DNA of 64,000 bases, from contig JAWLHY010000011.1 in NCBI GenBank assembly GCA_041690135.1, positions 256,668 to 320,667 on the forward strand, in the 5' to 3' direction. This document shows positions 49,627-59,260 of the stretch, in pieces. The stretch comes from Armatimonadota bacterium. Its GTDB lineage: Bacteria > Armatimonadota > SYMT01. The position numbers and the translations under genes are program-made. Below the pieces are notes generated by a model. That model had not been told where the DNA came from, ran no database searches, and saw only the letters and a list, made by a program, of their open reading frames with translations. Position 1 is the stretch's first letter. Every line of letters starts with the position of its first letter.

Positions 49627-50994
49627 ATGCCCGAGTTCCCGAACCACCCAACCGAAGACGGGGTCCGGCTCACCGCCCCCAGCGGGCGGAGTTGGGTCGT
49701 GTTCCTCTCGCTGGGGCTGGCGACTCTGCTGGGGGCCGGGCTGTGGGTGCTGATCGCCCGGCCATTTCTCCAGCGGCAGGCGATGCCGGACGGGTCCCTC
49801 ATGACCCTGGAGAGCGTCACCGAGGGCAAGACCCACACCTTCCTCAAGGTCCACGGATGGGGAGCGGCCCTGGGCGCCGTGCTGCCTTCCGCCGCGCAGC
49901 AGCGCCTGGGTGGACAGTTGATCCGGCACGAGGGAGAGCGGGAAGCGGTGGTGTTCTGGATCACTCGCCGCCTGAAGGAGCCGGGACGCTATTTCCAGAT
50001 CCGGCGCGTCACGCTGGTCGACGCGGCCGGCAGGGAAGCGGAAGGACCGGTGCGCTCGGTGCACAACGACGTACGCCCCGATCAGACCTCCATGGCCTGG
50101 GAAGTGCCGGTCTTCCCCGCCGAGAGGGACACCTTTCGCCTGCGCCTGTACCTGCGGGATATGCGGACCAACCAGCCGCACCAGGTGGAGTTCAGCGCCG
50201 CGGCTCCCGTCCTCTCCAGGCCCAAGCCGGCAGGCGTCGCTCCCCATCCGTTGCCGGAAACCGTTTCCCGTGGAGACGTGGCCTTCACCCTGACCGGCCT
50301 GCGGACGGGCGTGCAAGAGAAGGATTGGGACCGCCCGGCGGCGGCCGACGAGCCCCATTACACGGTAGCCACCTACCGAATCACCCGCGGCGGGCGGCCC
50401 GTACGAGGATGGAGGCCGATCTCCGTCCGGCTGGAAGATGGAGCGGGAAACCGCCACACTCCCGATAAGGTGCTCCACGACCCCGAGGACGAAGTGCTCC
50501 GGCTCGCCTTCCGGGGTCACCTCTGGCCCGAGAGCGGCGCCTGGCGCCTGCGGGTCGAGCTTCGCCAGGACCCATCCCGTCATCCCGAAGCCCGGTGGGC
50601 TCTCCGGGGCCTCCCCCTACCCGGATCAGGAGAGACCGCCCCGGCTTCCCAGGTCACCGAACGTTGGGGCCTGCAACTTCGGGCCCTGGGGATCGGCGCT
50701 CCGGGGACCATGCTGCCGGAGGGCGGCCCTTCCTTCGCGGAGCACCCCACCCTGCACGTGCGGATCTCGCCCCCCGAGGCGCCGCTCCTGCTCTCCCTGG
50801 CTGGCGCCGTAGATGACCGGGGCTGGTCCGCGCTGCCCCCTGGGCGTCAGCCGTATACGGACCCGGTTGCGGCGGAGGAAGGATTCGCCGCACTGCCGCT
50901 GGCACCGCTGCCCGGAGCGCGGCGCGTTACCGTCACCCTGGGACTGCACCGCACCGAGACCGTTGAGTTTACGGTCCCGGCCCCGCGACTCTGA
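49627..50994 (+). CDS. Hypothetical membrane-anchored protein
   Basis: Long GC3-rich ORF with a single N-terminal TM segment. Confidence 0.7.
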   Translation: MPEFPNHPTEDGVRLTAPSGRSWVVFLSLGLATLLGAGLWVLIARPFLQRQAMPDGSLMTLESVTEGKTHTFLKVHGWGAALGAVLPSAAQQRLGGQLIRHEGEREAVVFWITRRLKEPGRYFQIRRVTLVDAAGREAEGPVRSVHNDVRPDQTSMAWEVPVFPAERDTFRLRLYLRDMRTNQPHQVEFSAAAPVLSRPKPAGVAPHPLPETVSRGDVAFTLTGLRTGVQEKDWDRPAAADEPHYTVATYRITRGGRPVRGWRPISVRLEDGAGNRHTPDKVLHDPEDEVLRLAFRGHLWPESGAWRLRVELRQDPSRHPEARWALRGLPLPGSGETAPASQVTERWGLQLRALGIGAPGTMLPEGGPSFAEHPTLHVRISPPEAPLLLSLAGAVDDRGWSALPPGRQPYTDPVAAEEGFAALPLAPLPGARRVTVTLGLHRTETVEFTVPAPRL

Positions 50995-51055
50995 TCGCTG
51001 CAAATCCAACGGACGGGAAGAAGGGATCTCCGGAGCACACTCCGAACGCGCAAGT

Positions 51056-52195
51056 ATGCGCCATCCCCACCCCAGCATTCCTTTCCCTTCCGGACGCTTG
51101 ACCCGCCGGAGTCTCCTCCAGGCAGGTGGTCTCGGCTGCCTCAAACTTTCCCTTTCCGGAGCCCTCGCCGCCGCGGCGAACGGCGAGTCCCGCAGCCGCG
51201 TGCGGTCCGTCATCCTGCTCTGGATGGACGGCGGTCCCGCTCCCCAGGAAACGTTCGCTCCCCCCACCGGCGCGACGCCGGAAGTCAGCCCTTTCGGAAC
51301 TCTTGCCACGCCGGTGGACGGCCTCCGCATCAGCGAGTTGATGCCCCGGATGGCGCGGCGCATGGACCGCGTAACCCTCATCCGGACGCTTCACCATCCG
51401 GAGGGCTCCCACGATCGGGCGCGACGTTACGTGCTGTCCGGTCGAGAACCGGATCCGGAGTACCTCCATCCCCTCCTGGATGAGGTCGTCGCCGGTCGTC
51501 CGGGCGTCAGCCCGAGCGAGCCGCGCCGGGAGTTGCAGTCCCGAGGGGATTCGGCTTTCCGCGCGAGCGGATCTGTAGCCCCGGAGGGGCGACTAGAAAA
51601 TAGCCGGGGGTGTGAACCCCCGGACCTCGCGCCTGCACAGAAGAGCCCTGGAAGGGCGACAGAGCAACGCCCGTTCACGAGAACGGAATCGGCCCGGCCT
51701 CACTCCCTTCCGGAGACACGACGGTTGCTTGCGGCTTATGGTGACTCCGACTTCGGCCGGGCATGCCGCGATGCCTGCCGACAGGTGGAAGCCGGAGCCC
51801 CCTTTGTGACCGTGACCCTCTCGGGGTGGGACAGCCATGCGGACCACTTCGAAAGGAGCCGTCGCCTGGTGCCGGTGGCCGACCAGGGCCTTGCGGCCTT
51901 GCTGGACGATCTGGGGGACCGGGGTCTGCTGGAGCAAACGCTGGTCGTCTGGATGGGGGAGTTCGGACGCAGCCCGCGGCTCAACAGTCTCGGAGGCCGT
52001 GACCACTGGCCCTACGCGGGGTGTGCGGTCCTGGCGGGCGGCGGCATGCCCGGCGGCGAGGTGATCGGCACCACGGACCCCGAAACAGGGATGCCCCAGG
52101 ACCGCGCCGTCTCCCCCGCGGAGTTGCACACCATGATCTTCCGCCAACTGGGTCTGCCGATGCCGTCACCGGCTTCAACGCCGTTTCGCATCTGA
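51056..52195 (+). CDS. DUF1501 domain protein with an altered central region
   Basis: Tat-like TRRSLL, SVILLWMDGGP, GWDSH and GEFGRSP...GRDHWP. The middle segment is encoded by a repeat element. Confidence 0.85.
   Translation: MRHPHPSIPFPSGRLTRRSLLQAGGLGCLKLSLSGALAAAANGESRSRVRSVILLWMDGGPAPQETFAPPTGATPEVSPFGTLATPVDGLRISELMPRMARRMDRVTLIRTLHHPEGSHDRARRYVLSGREPDPEYLHPLLDEVVAGRPGVSPSEPRRELQSRGDSAFRASGSVAPEGRLENSRGCEPPDLAPAQKSPGRATEQRPFTRTESARPHSLPETRRLLAAYGDSDFGRACRDACRQVEAGAPFVTVTLSGWDSHADHFERSRRLVPVADQGLAALLDDLGDRGLLEQTLVVWMGEFGRSPRLNSLGGRDHWPYAGCAVLAGGGMPGGEVIGTTDPETGMPQDRAVSPAELHTMIFRQLGLPMPSPASTPFRI
51575..51663 (+). repeat. Palindromic dispersed element, copy 2 (inside the DUF1501 CDS)
   Basis: gtagccccggaggggcgac...ccgggggtgtgaacccccgg...gagccctggaagggcgacag. 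Confidence 0.75.
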
Positions 52196-52282
52196 TTCTT
52201 TTTTCATGGAAGGTTTGACCCTTTGCCCGGCCGGGGAGAACGCGAGTGGAACGAAGCAAAGACGAAAAACGAAAGACCGGTT

Positions 52283-52353
52283 CGGGTAGTTAGGAACAAC
52301 AGCGGGAGTTAAGGAAACAAAAGCGGGAGTTAGGCAAGCAGACGGGAGTTCGG
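52283..52353 (+). repeat. Four CGGG(T)AGTT repeats at about 20 bp spacing
   Basis: Units at 52283, 52303, 52324 and 52343 in a purine-rich tract. Confidence 0.7.
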
Positions 52354-52406
52354 GAACGCGGAACACGAGTCAAAGAGAAACAGACCTCGACGTGAGGTTA
52401 ATATAG

Positions 52407-52444
52407 AAAAGGGCTGGGTGGTTAGCCACCCAGCCCTTTTTGTT
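52407..52444. terminator. Bidirectional intrinsic terminator
   Basis: aaaagggctgggtgg-ttag-ccacccagccctttttg. Confidence 0.8.
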
Positions 52445-52472
52445 CTGCAGCTCCAGTCCGAAAGGATGCGGA

Positions 52473-53030
52473 ATGTCCCGGAACCCTCTGGAACCGATGG
52501 AAGAGGCTCTCACCCCCATCGCGGTCATCCGGACCACGCTCGAGACGCTCCAGGTGTTCCCCGATGATCGAGAACTGTGCGAGGAACTGGAGAGGGTGAT
52601 CGCCGACGCGCGGGTGGGCCTTTTCAATGCGATAGCCGAGGCAGCGGCCCTATGCCCGGAAGGGCCCGCTCCTGAACTTCGAGATCCGCTCCACCACCTC
52701 CTGACCTGCGGGGTTCCCCGGAGAGTTCTCGACCACCTGATGAAGGTAGACCTGTTCGTGCGAGTTGGGGCGGCTGCCGCGAACAGCGACACGGCCGTCT
52801 ACCGTTATCCGCTCCCTTCCGGAACTACGCCGGACCAACTGGAGAGCCTCCCCACCCTCGCCCTCTGGCGCCGGCTCCTGCAAGACCTGGAACATGCCGC
52901 CAGCGAGAATGGGAGCTATACCGACAGCGTCACCTTCGACCGGGAAGTGTTCCAACGCTATGTGGCCCTGCTGTACGCCGCCTACGCTTCCGCGGACCCG
53001 ATTTTCTATGGATGCGGTGGCGCGCTGTAG
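52473..53030 (+). CDS. Hypothetical protein
   Basis: AAGGA RBS and a helical 185 aa ORF. Confidence 0.65.
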   Translation: MSRNPLEPMEEALTPIAVIRTTLETLQVFPDDRELCEELERVIADARVGLFNAIAEAAALCPEGPAPELRDPLHHLLTCGVPRRVLDHLMKVDLFVRVGAAAANSDTAVYRYPLPSGTTPDQLESLPTLALWRRLLQDLEHAASENGSYTDSVTFDREVFQRYVALLYAAYASADPIFYGCGGAL

Positions 53031-53116
53031 CCCGCGGGCTGCATCCGGTATCGAACCTCCGGCACGTCGACGCGGCGCCGGAGCGCACCACCGGTCGAGT
53101 GAGGAGGACGATTCCG

Positions 53117-53557
53117 ATGAGAAGCACACGCAGAGTATGGGGACTGGCCGTCGTGGCCATGGTGCTTTCGGCTTCACCCCTCCTGGCGAAGGCCGCGTAC
53201 ATTCCGCTGCCCGAGAAGGTGAAGCAGTGCGATCTGATCGCCCGTGTCACCGTACTCTCCACGCAGAAGCTAGCGGAGAAGCCGGCCGGCAAGTATGCGA
53301 GCGTGGCGAATGTGCGGCTTCTGGAAGTGCTGAAGGGGCCCGCCCAGCCGCGCGAGATCCAGCTCGCCTTCGATAACGGCTATGCCTGTCCGAACGTCCA
53401 CTACAAGGCGGGCGAAGAGGTGCTCGTGTTCCTTACTCGCGAGCGGAACGGCCGGTACGCCACCTTCAACACGTACTTCGGCAAGGTCGAGCCGATCCCG
53501 AAGGCCCTCGCCGAGGTGCGGCAACTACTGGATGGCGGGAAATTGAAGACGCCCTAG
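53117..53557 (+). CDS. Secreted hypothetical protein (beta-rich)
   Basis: GAGGAGG RBS, signal peptide and 'CPNVHYKAGEEVLVFL'. Confidence 0.75.
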   Translation: MRSTRRVWGLAVVAMVLSASPLLAKAAYIPLPEKVKQCDLIARVTVLSTQKLAEKPAGKYASVANVRLLEVLKGPAQPREIQLAFDNGYACPNVHYKAGEEVLVFLTRERNGRYATFNTYFGKVEPIPKALAEVRQLLDGGKLKTP

Positions 53558-53656
53558 CGGTGTTGGATGGTAAGCTCCGGCTCTTGGCCACAGCGGTGGG
53601 CTCAGGATCGTGAATATCACTGCCACTACGCCTGGCCACTACGCCCAGGTCCCGGT

Positions 53657-53691
53657 CCCAGACTTTACGCATCACGCATGACGCAGCACGC
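53657..53691. repeat. Heptamer-repeat element, copy 2
   Basis: cccagactttacgcatcacgcatgacgcagcacgc. Confidence 0.6.
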
Positions 53692-53762
53692 CGGTCCTAC
53701 CCGAAAGCCGACCTGACGCACCTCGCCGTTCAGGGCGGTTCAGTTTTCATGGAAGCTGGTCC

Positions 53763-53870
53763 CTGCCGCCCCTCCAGGGCTCGTTCTCTGGGCGCACTGC
53801 ATCCGGGGGTTCGCACCCCCCCCCCGCCCGCTCGCGGGCACCCGTTTCCGGTCGCCCCTCCGGGGCTGCG
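53763..53870 (-). repeat. Palindromic dispersed element, copy 3
   Basis: Reverse complement reads gcagccccggaggggcgac...ggggtgcgaacccccgg...gagccctggaggggcggcag. Confidence 0.75.
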
Positions 53871-53932
53871 AAGTGGCTCTTGCCGAAAACTGAACCACTC
53901 TGCCTCGCCGCCGCCTTCACGAGAGCCCCGAA

Positions 53933-55210
53933 TTACGAGAACTCCGAGAATAGATCATGCCGCGGCCAGGTCGTTACGGCGCCGGCGGCCTCGTGTAGAA
54001 TGCCGTCCAGCTCGCCGCCGGGAGCCCGGGTGTTGAACACGGCGGCCCAACTGAGGCCGGTGGCCAGTCGGACCAGGATGGAGGTGGTTCCATCCATCCC
54101 ACCGACGTGCCAATAGTTGATGCCGCGGGCGGCCCGGCGCACCTGCCAGCCGCAGCCGTAGTAAACGTCCTCGAGACGTCCATCCGAAGCGCGCGCCAGC
54201 GGGGCGGGAGGCGGTCCGAAGAGTTGCTGGAGACTGCTTGCTTTTAGCACGGGCCGGTCACCGGGGTAGTCGAGCTTCGTCACCACGCGCGCCAGGTCCA
54301 CCGCGGAGGCGACCCACCCGCCGTGGGCGTCCATCAGGGCCGGAGAGAGGGTGTAGGGAAGCGGGACCTCCCGCTCCGGATCGCCGGAGTGGATGTTGCG
54401 CCCCTTCCGATCTTCCGCGTCGTAGTAGCTGACTTCCGCCGGCAATTTCTCCTGACGACGCGCCCTTCCGATCCGCATCTTTGGAGCGCCCATGGGGATG
54501 AGAAGCCGGCTGCGCACGTACTCCTCATAGCCTTTGCCGGTCGCCTTCTCCAGCACCCGGCCCAACACGCAGTAGCCGAAGTTGGAGTAGGCGTACCGGG
54601 ATCCGGGATCGAAGTCGAGGGGTCGCCCCATCGCCCAGCGGATCAGGGAGCGATGGTCCGGCGGCGAAGGGATCCCCAGGTCCCGCGCGGCGTGGAAGTG
54701 CTGGAACATCAGGTCGCCCGAGCGGCTACGGTCCCAACCGCCGGAGTGATGGAGCAATTGCTCGACGGTGATCCGCATTAGCCGGGGATCGAGGATGTCC
54801 CCGTTCTTCAGGAACGGTTCCAGGCCCAGGTAAGGAAACGCCACCGTATCCAGCGAGAGTTGCCCCACCCCATCTTCAATGGCGGCCAGCACGGCCATGC
54901 CCGTCAGCGGCTTGGAAACGCTCGCCACGCGGAAAAGCGAGGTCGGCTGCACGGGCGTCCGCGCTTCCCGGTCGGCATGCCCGTACCCCCGCGCCAGGAG
55001 AAGCCGCCCCTCTCGGACTACAGCCACGGCCCCACCCACGATGCGATGCTTGCGCATGTAGCCCAGCACCTGGTCGTCGAACGGGCTCAACTCGCGCACC
55101 GAGGGGCCGGTCCGGGGCAGCGGCTCCGCTGCAGCCGCGGTCCGCAGGGCGCTGCCCGCGACCACCGCCGCGCCGAGGCTCCCTACCAGGAAATGCCGTC
55201 GTGAATTCAT
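53933..55210 (-). CDS. Tat-exported serine hydrolase (beta-lactamase/AmpC-like family)
   Basis: MNSRRHFL Tat signal, SVSK (SxxK), YSN and HVGG. Confidence 0.9.
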   Translation of the reverse strand: MNSRRHFLVGSLGAAVVAGSALRTAAAAEPLPRTGPSVRELSPFDDQVLGYMRKHRIVGGAVAVVREGRLLLARGYGHADREARTPVQPTSLFRVASVSKPLTGMAVLAAIEDGVGQLSLDTVAFPYLGLEPFLKNGDILDPRLMRITVEQLLHHSGGWDRSRSGDLMFQHFHAARDLGIPSPPDHRSLIRWAMGRPLDFDPGSRYAYSNFGYCVLGRVLEKATGKGYEEYVRSRLLIPMGAPKMRIGRARRQEKLPAEVSYYDAEDRKGRNIHSGDPEREVPLPYTLSPALMDAHGGWVASAVDLARVVTKLDYPGDRPVLKASSLQQLFGPPPAPLARASDGRLEDVYYGCGWQVRRAARGINYWHVGGMDGTTSILVRLATGLSWAAVFNTRAPGGELDGILHEAAGAVTTWPRHDLFSEFS

Positions 55211-55360
55211 GCCGAATCTCCGCTCTGCATCGGGCGCACGGTGCCGGAAGTCCCTTAAGATTGCGTGGTGAAGGGTGCGCCGCAGGAAACGGTTGGGTCT
55301 GGAAGAACCTGAGGAAGATCGGCTCTCACCACTCCTCACTCGACCTTCGGGGATCACCCT

Positions 55361-56212
55361 ATGCGCACGCGCTCATCCGTCTCTTGCTTACTCTTTCTTT
55401 GTATTGCGTTCGTTTCCCTCGGCTTCACGAGAGGGAAAGCGGCGGAGACCGCAACCGCCGGCCCGCGGATCGTGGCGCACCGGGGTCTCCTGCGGCACGC
55501 GCCGGAGAATACCCTGGCCAACTACGCCGCCTGCCTGGCCCTGGGACTGGGCTTCGAAACGGACCTCCAGCGCACCCGCGACGGGCACCTGGTCTGCATT
55601 CACGATACCACGGTCGACCGCACCACCGACGGTCGCGGCCGGGTGAGCGACCTGACCCTGGCGGAACTGCGAAAGCTGGACGCCGGAAGCTGGTTCGATC
55701 CCGCGTTTGCGGGCCAGAAGGTTCCCACCCTGGCGGAAGTGCTGGAGTTGGTCCGCCGCCAGCGGAAGCCGGACACCCTGATCGCGATGGACTTTAAGGG
55801 GGACGACCCGCAGATCGAGCGGGACATGGTCCGGATGGCGAAGCGGCACGGCGTGCTGGAGAACATCTTCTCTATCGGGCGGGCCATTACCGAGCCGGAG
55901 GTCCGCCGCCGCTTGCGGGCCACCGACCCTCGCGCCCACGTCGCTCGCCTCGCCCCGGATCCCGCGGCACTCGCCGAGGTGATCGCCGACCCGGGTGCCG
56001 ATTGGGTGTACCTCCGGTTCATCCCCACCCGCGAGCAGGTGGAACAGGTTCATCGCGCCGGGAAGCGGGTCTTCATCGCGGGTCCGACCGTCGCGGCGGA
56101 CCAGCCGGAAAACTGGCAGGCTGCCCGCGAGCGCGGCGTGGACGGGATCCTCACGGACGAACCGCTCGAAGTACGCCAGCTCTGGCGTTCCGCAGCGGCA
56201 CCGGTTCGGTAG
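55361..56212 (+). CDS. Glycerophosphodiester phosphodiesterase family protein
   Basis: VAHRG, PENT, ETD, IHDTTVDRTT and DGILTD. Confidence 0.92.
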   Translation: MRTRSSVSCLLFLCIAFVSLGFTRGKAAETATAGPRIVAHRGLLRHAPENTLANYAACLALGLGFETDLQRTRDGHLVCIHDTTVDRTTDGRGRVSDLTLAELRKLDAGSWFDPAFAGQKVPTLAEVLELVRRQRKPDTLIAMDFKGDDPQIERDMVRMAKRHGVLENIFSIGRAITEPEVRRRLRATDPRAHVARLAPDPAALAEVIADPGADWVYLRFIPTREQVEQVHRAGKRVFIAGPTVAADQPENWQAARERGVDGILTDEPLEVRQLWRSAAAPVR

Positions 56213-56364
56213 AGCCGCTTCTCCTCAGGGCGGGCATCGAAAGGCATGCCCACTCCGGTAAGTTCATCGCTGCGCGAAATGGGTAAGCCCATGGGTGAGC
56301 TATGAACCGCCGTCCGTTTCGAGGCGACCACCCGATGGGTACAGCCGGGCGGGAGGACGCGTGG

Positions 56365-56700
56365 ATGGCGAAGCAAGACCGAGTGGATGAGATTCTACAC
56401 CCCGAACTGAACCGGGAAGGCCTGACCCCGGCGGCACGAGAGCCGGAGAGCGAGCATTCCAGCGCGGGGTTCGGCAGCTACTACCCGGGACCCCTCCAGG
56501 AGGACGACGACGCCCCCATCCTGGGCCAGGCGGAGCCGCAGATGGACGAGGAGGAGGAGCATTCCCTGCGAGTACCCCGCCAGGCGGTAGTCAGCGGCAC
56601 CGAGGACAACTGGCCCAGCGCGGAAGCCCGCGACTTCCGTCGCGAAACCACTGTCCCCCCGAAAGCGTACCGCACGGAGACGGACGAACAAGAGGGGTAG
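56365..56700 (+). CDS. Acidic hypothetical protein
   Basis: GGAGG RBS and GC3-rich codons. Confidence 0.6.
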   Translation: MAKQDRVDEILHPELNREGLTPAAREPESEHSSAGFGSYYPGPLQEDDDAPILGQAEPQMDEEEEHSLRVPRQAVVSGTEDNWPSAEARDFRRETTVPPKAYRTETDEQEG

Positions 56701-56814
56701 GAGAGTGTAACGGTTAGGATCACCTTCAGGAGACTTGTCAGGGTCGTCGGAACAGTGGACAGGCAACTCCGCCACCATCCACCATGTACAGGTGTTGAAG
56801 GAGGGGTTAGTCTG

Positions 56815-57174
56815 ATGAGCGTTGTGATCGATCTACCGCCGGACGTGGAAAGGCAGTTACGCCTGAAGGCCGAACGCGAGGGCACGGACCTCAGTACCAT
56901 GCTAGCCGACATCATTGTCCGGGAGTTGGGGCCGAGTTCGGCTGTGTTCGAAATGTCCTCACTGCCATCCGAGGAAACAGGCCTACTTCAGCAGGTCAAT
57001 CTCGGGATACCCCCGGAGACGTGGGAACGTTACCGCAGTCTACAACAGCGGAGGAGGGATGAAGCCCTAACGGATGATGAGCACGGGGAGTTGATCGAAG
57101 TGGTCAACCTCCGGCGCGTGCTAGCACAGACTGGCGATCACCCTCCATTCCGGTCAGTGGACAACTCGCTATGA
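56815..57174 (+). CDS. Putative antitoxin-like protein, possibly fused to the tail of a deleted HNH toxin
   Basis: RHH-like N-terminus 'VIDLPPDVERQLRLKA', 'LLQQVNLGIPPETWERY...LTDDEHGELI' and the tail VVNLRRVL...HPP. GGAGG RBS. Confidence 0.55.
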   Translation: MSVVIDLPPDVERQLRLKAEREGTDLSTMLADIIVRELGPSSAVFEMSSLPSEETGLLQQVNLGIPPETWERYRSLQQRRRDEALTDDEHGELIEVVNLRRVLAQTGDHPPFRSVDNSL

Positions 57175-57342
57175 CGCAATTCATTCGGGTTGGCTTCCGA
57201 CCCCCACCCGGAAACCCCGTGTAAATGTCGGGAGTGGGCCGGCTAATCCAAACCGGTTCACCCAACCCACTCCCGTTCCCATCCTCCACGCAGTACGCAT
57301 GGGGCACTCTCGGCCACTATCGGAACACCGATCAGGCTTCAG

Positions 57343-57397
57343 CCCCAGACCTCACGCATTACGCATCACGTTTCACGGATCACGCCGGCCACGCACG
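57343..57397. repeat. Heptamer-repeat element, copy 3
   Basis: ccccagacctcacgcattacgcatcacgtttcacggatcacg. Confidence 0.65.
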
Positions 57398-57443
57398 AGA
57401 ACGGCTCTCCGGCCACACCGCGTGGCAAAGGGTGGGAACGTGG

Positions 57444-58232
57444 CTACTTCGCCTTGGGGAGGGCCCGGACGGCGCCGGTGGAGATGCCGCCGTCGACGAG
57501 CAGGATCTGGCCCGTGACGTACTCGCTGGCATCGGAGGCCAGGAACACGACGGCGCCGTCCAGGTCGTTCGGCTTGCCGGGGCGCTTCAGCGGGATGCGG
57601 TCGCTGAGGTAGGAGACCCACTCGGCGTCTTCGTACATCACCTTGTTCTGCTCCGTGCGGAACCAGCCCGGCGCCAGGCAGTTGACGGTGATCCCGTGGG
57701 GGCCCCAGTCGTCGGCCAGGCTCATGGTGAGCTGCTTCACGCCGCCGCGGCTGGCGCAGTAGGGGGCCAGGCCGGCGTAGCCGCACACGGAGGTGACGGA
57801 GCCGATGTTGATGATGCGGCCGTACTGGCGGGGGATCATCCGCTTCGCCACGGCCTGGGCTACGAAGAAGGTCCCGCGGAGGTTGGTGTCCAGCACCAGG
57901 TTCCAGTCGTCCCAGGTGATCTCGGTGGAGGGCTTGCGGACATTGCAGCCCGCGTTGTTCACCAGGATGTCGATCTTCTCGTAGGCGCCGTAGGCGGTCT
58001 CGACGGCCTGCTGAATGCTGTCGTAGTCGCGGATGTCCAGCGCTACCGGCACCGCGCGGCGACCCAGGGCCTCGATCTCCTCCTGGAATGGCCGGAGCGA
58101 CTCGAGCGTCCGGCTGGTGATCACGAGGTCGGCGCCCGCCCTGGCGAGGGCACGGCCGAAATACTGCCCGAGGCCGCGGCTGGCCCCGGTCACGATGGCG
58201 ACCTTTCCGGTCAGGTCAAACAGGTTGCTCAT
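57444..58232 (-). CDS. SDR oxidoreductase (gluconate 5-dehydrogenase-like)
   Basis: TGASRGLG, NNAG, YCASRG and VNCLAPG. Confidence 0.92.
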   Translation of the reverse strand: MSNLFDLTGKVAIVTGASRGLGQYFGRALARAGADLVITSRTLESLRPFQEEIEALGRRAVPVALDIRDYDSIQQAVETAYGAYEKIDILVNNAGCNVRKPSTEITWDDWNLVLDTNLRGTFFVAQAVAKRMIPRQYGRIINIGSVTSVCGYAGLAPYCASRGGVKQLTMSLADDWGPHGITVNCLAPGWFRTEQNKVMYEDAEWVSYLSDRIPLKRPGKPNDLDGAVVFLASDASEYVTGQILLVDGGISTGAVRALPKAK

Positions 58233-59260
58233 GGCTGCAGAACGACTTTCATCACACCGGGTTCGTGGTTGTAGAGGCGGTCGAACCAGGAAGGCCCTTC
58301 CTCGAGGGGAGCCAGCACGCTGATCAGGGGCTGGACGTTGATGGTGCCGCGCGCCATCATCTCGATGCAGGCGGGGTACTCGCCCTGGGACGAGCAGGAG
58401 CCGAACAGCGAGATCTCCCGCGTGACGACGGCCTGCATCGGCATCTCGACCTTCGGCGACAGGTTGCCGACCAGGGTGACCGAACCCCCCTTGCGCACCG
58501 CGCTGATGGCGGTATTGAGGGATGCGGTGGCGCCCACCACCTCCATGGCGATATCGGCGCCGCGGCCCTCCGTGCGCTCCGCGATTGCGGCGGCCACGTC
58601 CACGCTCTTCGGGTTCAGTCCCTCGTCCGCGCCGAACTCGCGCGCCCGCTCCAGCTTGTAGTCATCGATGTCCACCGCGATGATCCGGCCGCAGCCCGCC
58701 GCCCGCAGCGACTGGATGCAGAGCAGGCCGATCATCCCGCTGCCCACCACCACGGCACTCGCGCCCAGTTGCACCGGGGTGCGCCGGACCGCGTGGAAGG
58801 CGATGGAGACCGACTCGATGAGGGCGGCCTGCTCGAACGGCAGGTTATCCGGCAGCTTGTAGACGATGTGCTGGGGAACCGCCACGAATTCGGCGAAGGC
58901 GCCGTGGCGGCGGTAGTCGCCGCAGGAGACGCCCAGCACGTTGCGGTTGTCGCACAGGTTGATCTCGCCGCGCCGGCAGAAGAAGCACTTGCCGCAGTAG
59001 ACGGTCGAATCGAAGGTGACCCGGTCGCCCTCTTCCAGGTGCTTCACGTTGCGGCCGACCTTCGCCACCACGCCGGAGGCCTCGTGCCCCATCACCAGCG
59101 GCGGAATGCGCCGGCCGCTACCGCCATCATAGCCGTGAATATCGCTGCCGCAGATGCCGCAGGCCCGGACGCGCACCAGGACGTCGTCCTCTCCGATCTC
59201 CGGCTCGGGGAAATCGGTCACCTGAAGCTGCTTGTAATCGGTGAGAAGTAAAGCTTTCAT
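58229..59260 (-). CDS. Zn-dependent sugar/polyol dehydrogenase (MDR family)
   Basis: GICGSD, GHE, CGKCFFC...C and GSGMIG. Overlaps the SDR start. Confidence 0.93.
   Translation of the reverse strand: MKALLLTDYKQLQVTDFPEPEIGEDDVLVRVRACGICGSDIHGYDGGSGRRIPPLVMGHEASGVVAKVGRNVKHLEEGDRVTFDSTVYCGKCFFCRRGEINLCDNRNVLGVSCGDYRRHGAFAEFVAVPQHIVYKLPDNLPFEQAALIESVSIAFHAVRRTPVQLGASAVVVGSGMIGLLCIQSLRAAGCGRIIAVDIDDYKLERAREFGADEGLNPKSVDVAAAIAERTEGRGADIAMEVVGATASLNTAISAVRKGGSVTLVGNLSPKVEMPMQAVVTREISLFGSCSSQGEYPACIEMMARGTINVQPLISVLAPLEEGPSWFDRLYNHEPGVMKVVLQP

Noticed and set aside
52283-52353. CRISPR array
   Set aside because: Repeats of about 9 bp with spacers of about 11 bp are far too short, and no cas genes are present.
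53933-55210. Antibiotic-resistance beta-lactamase
   Set aside because: SxxK family membership alone does not show beta-lactam hydrolysis; most such proteins are esterases or peptidases.
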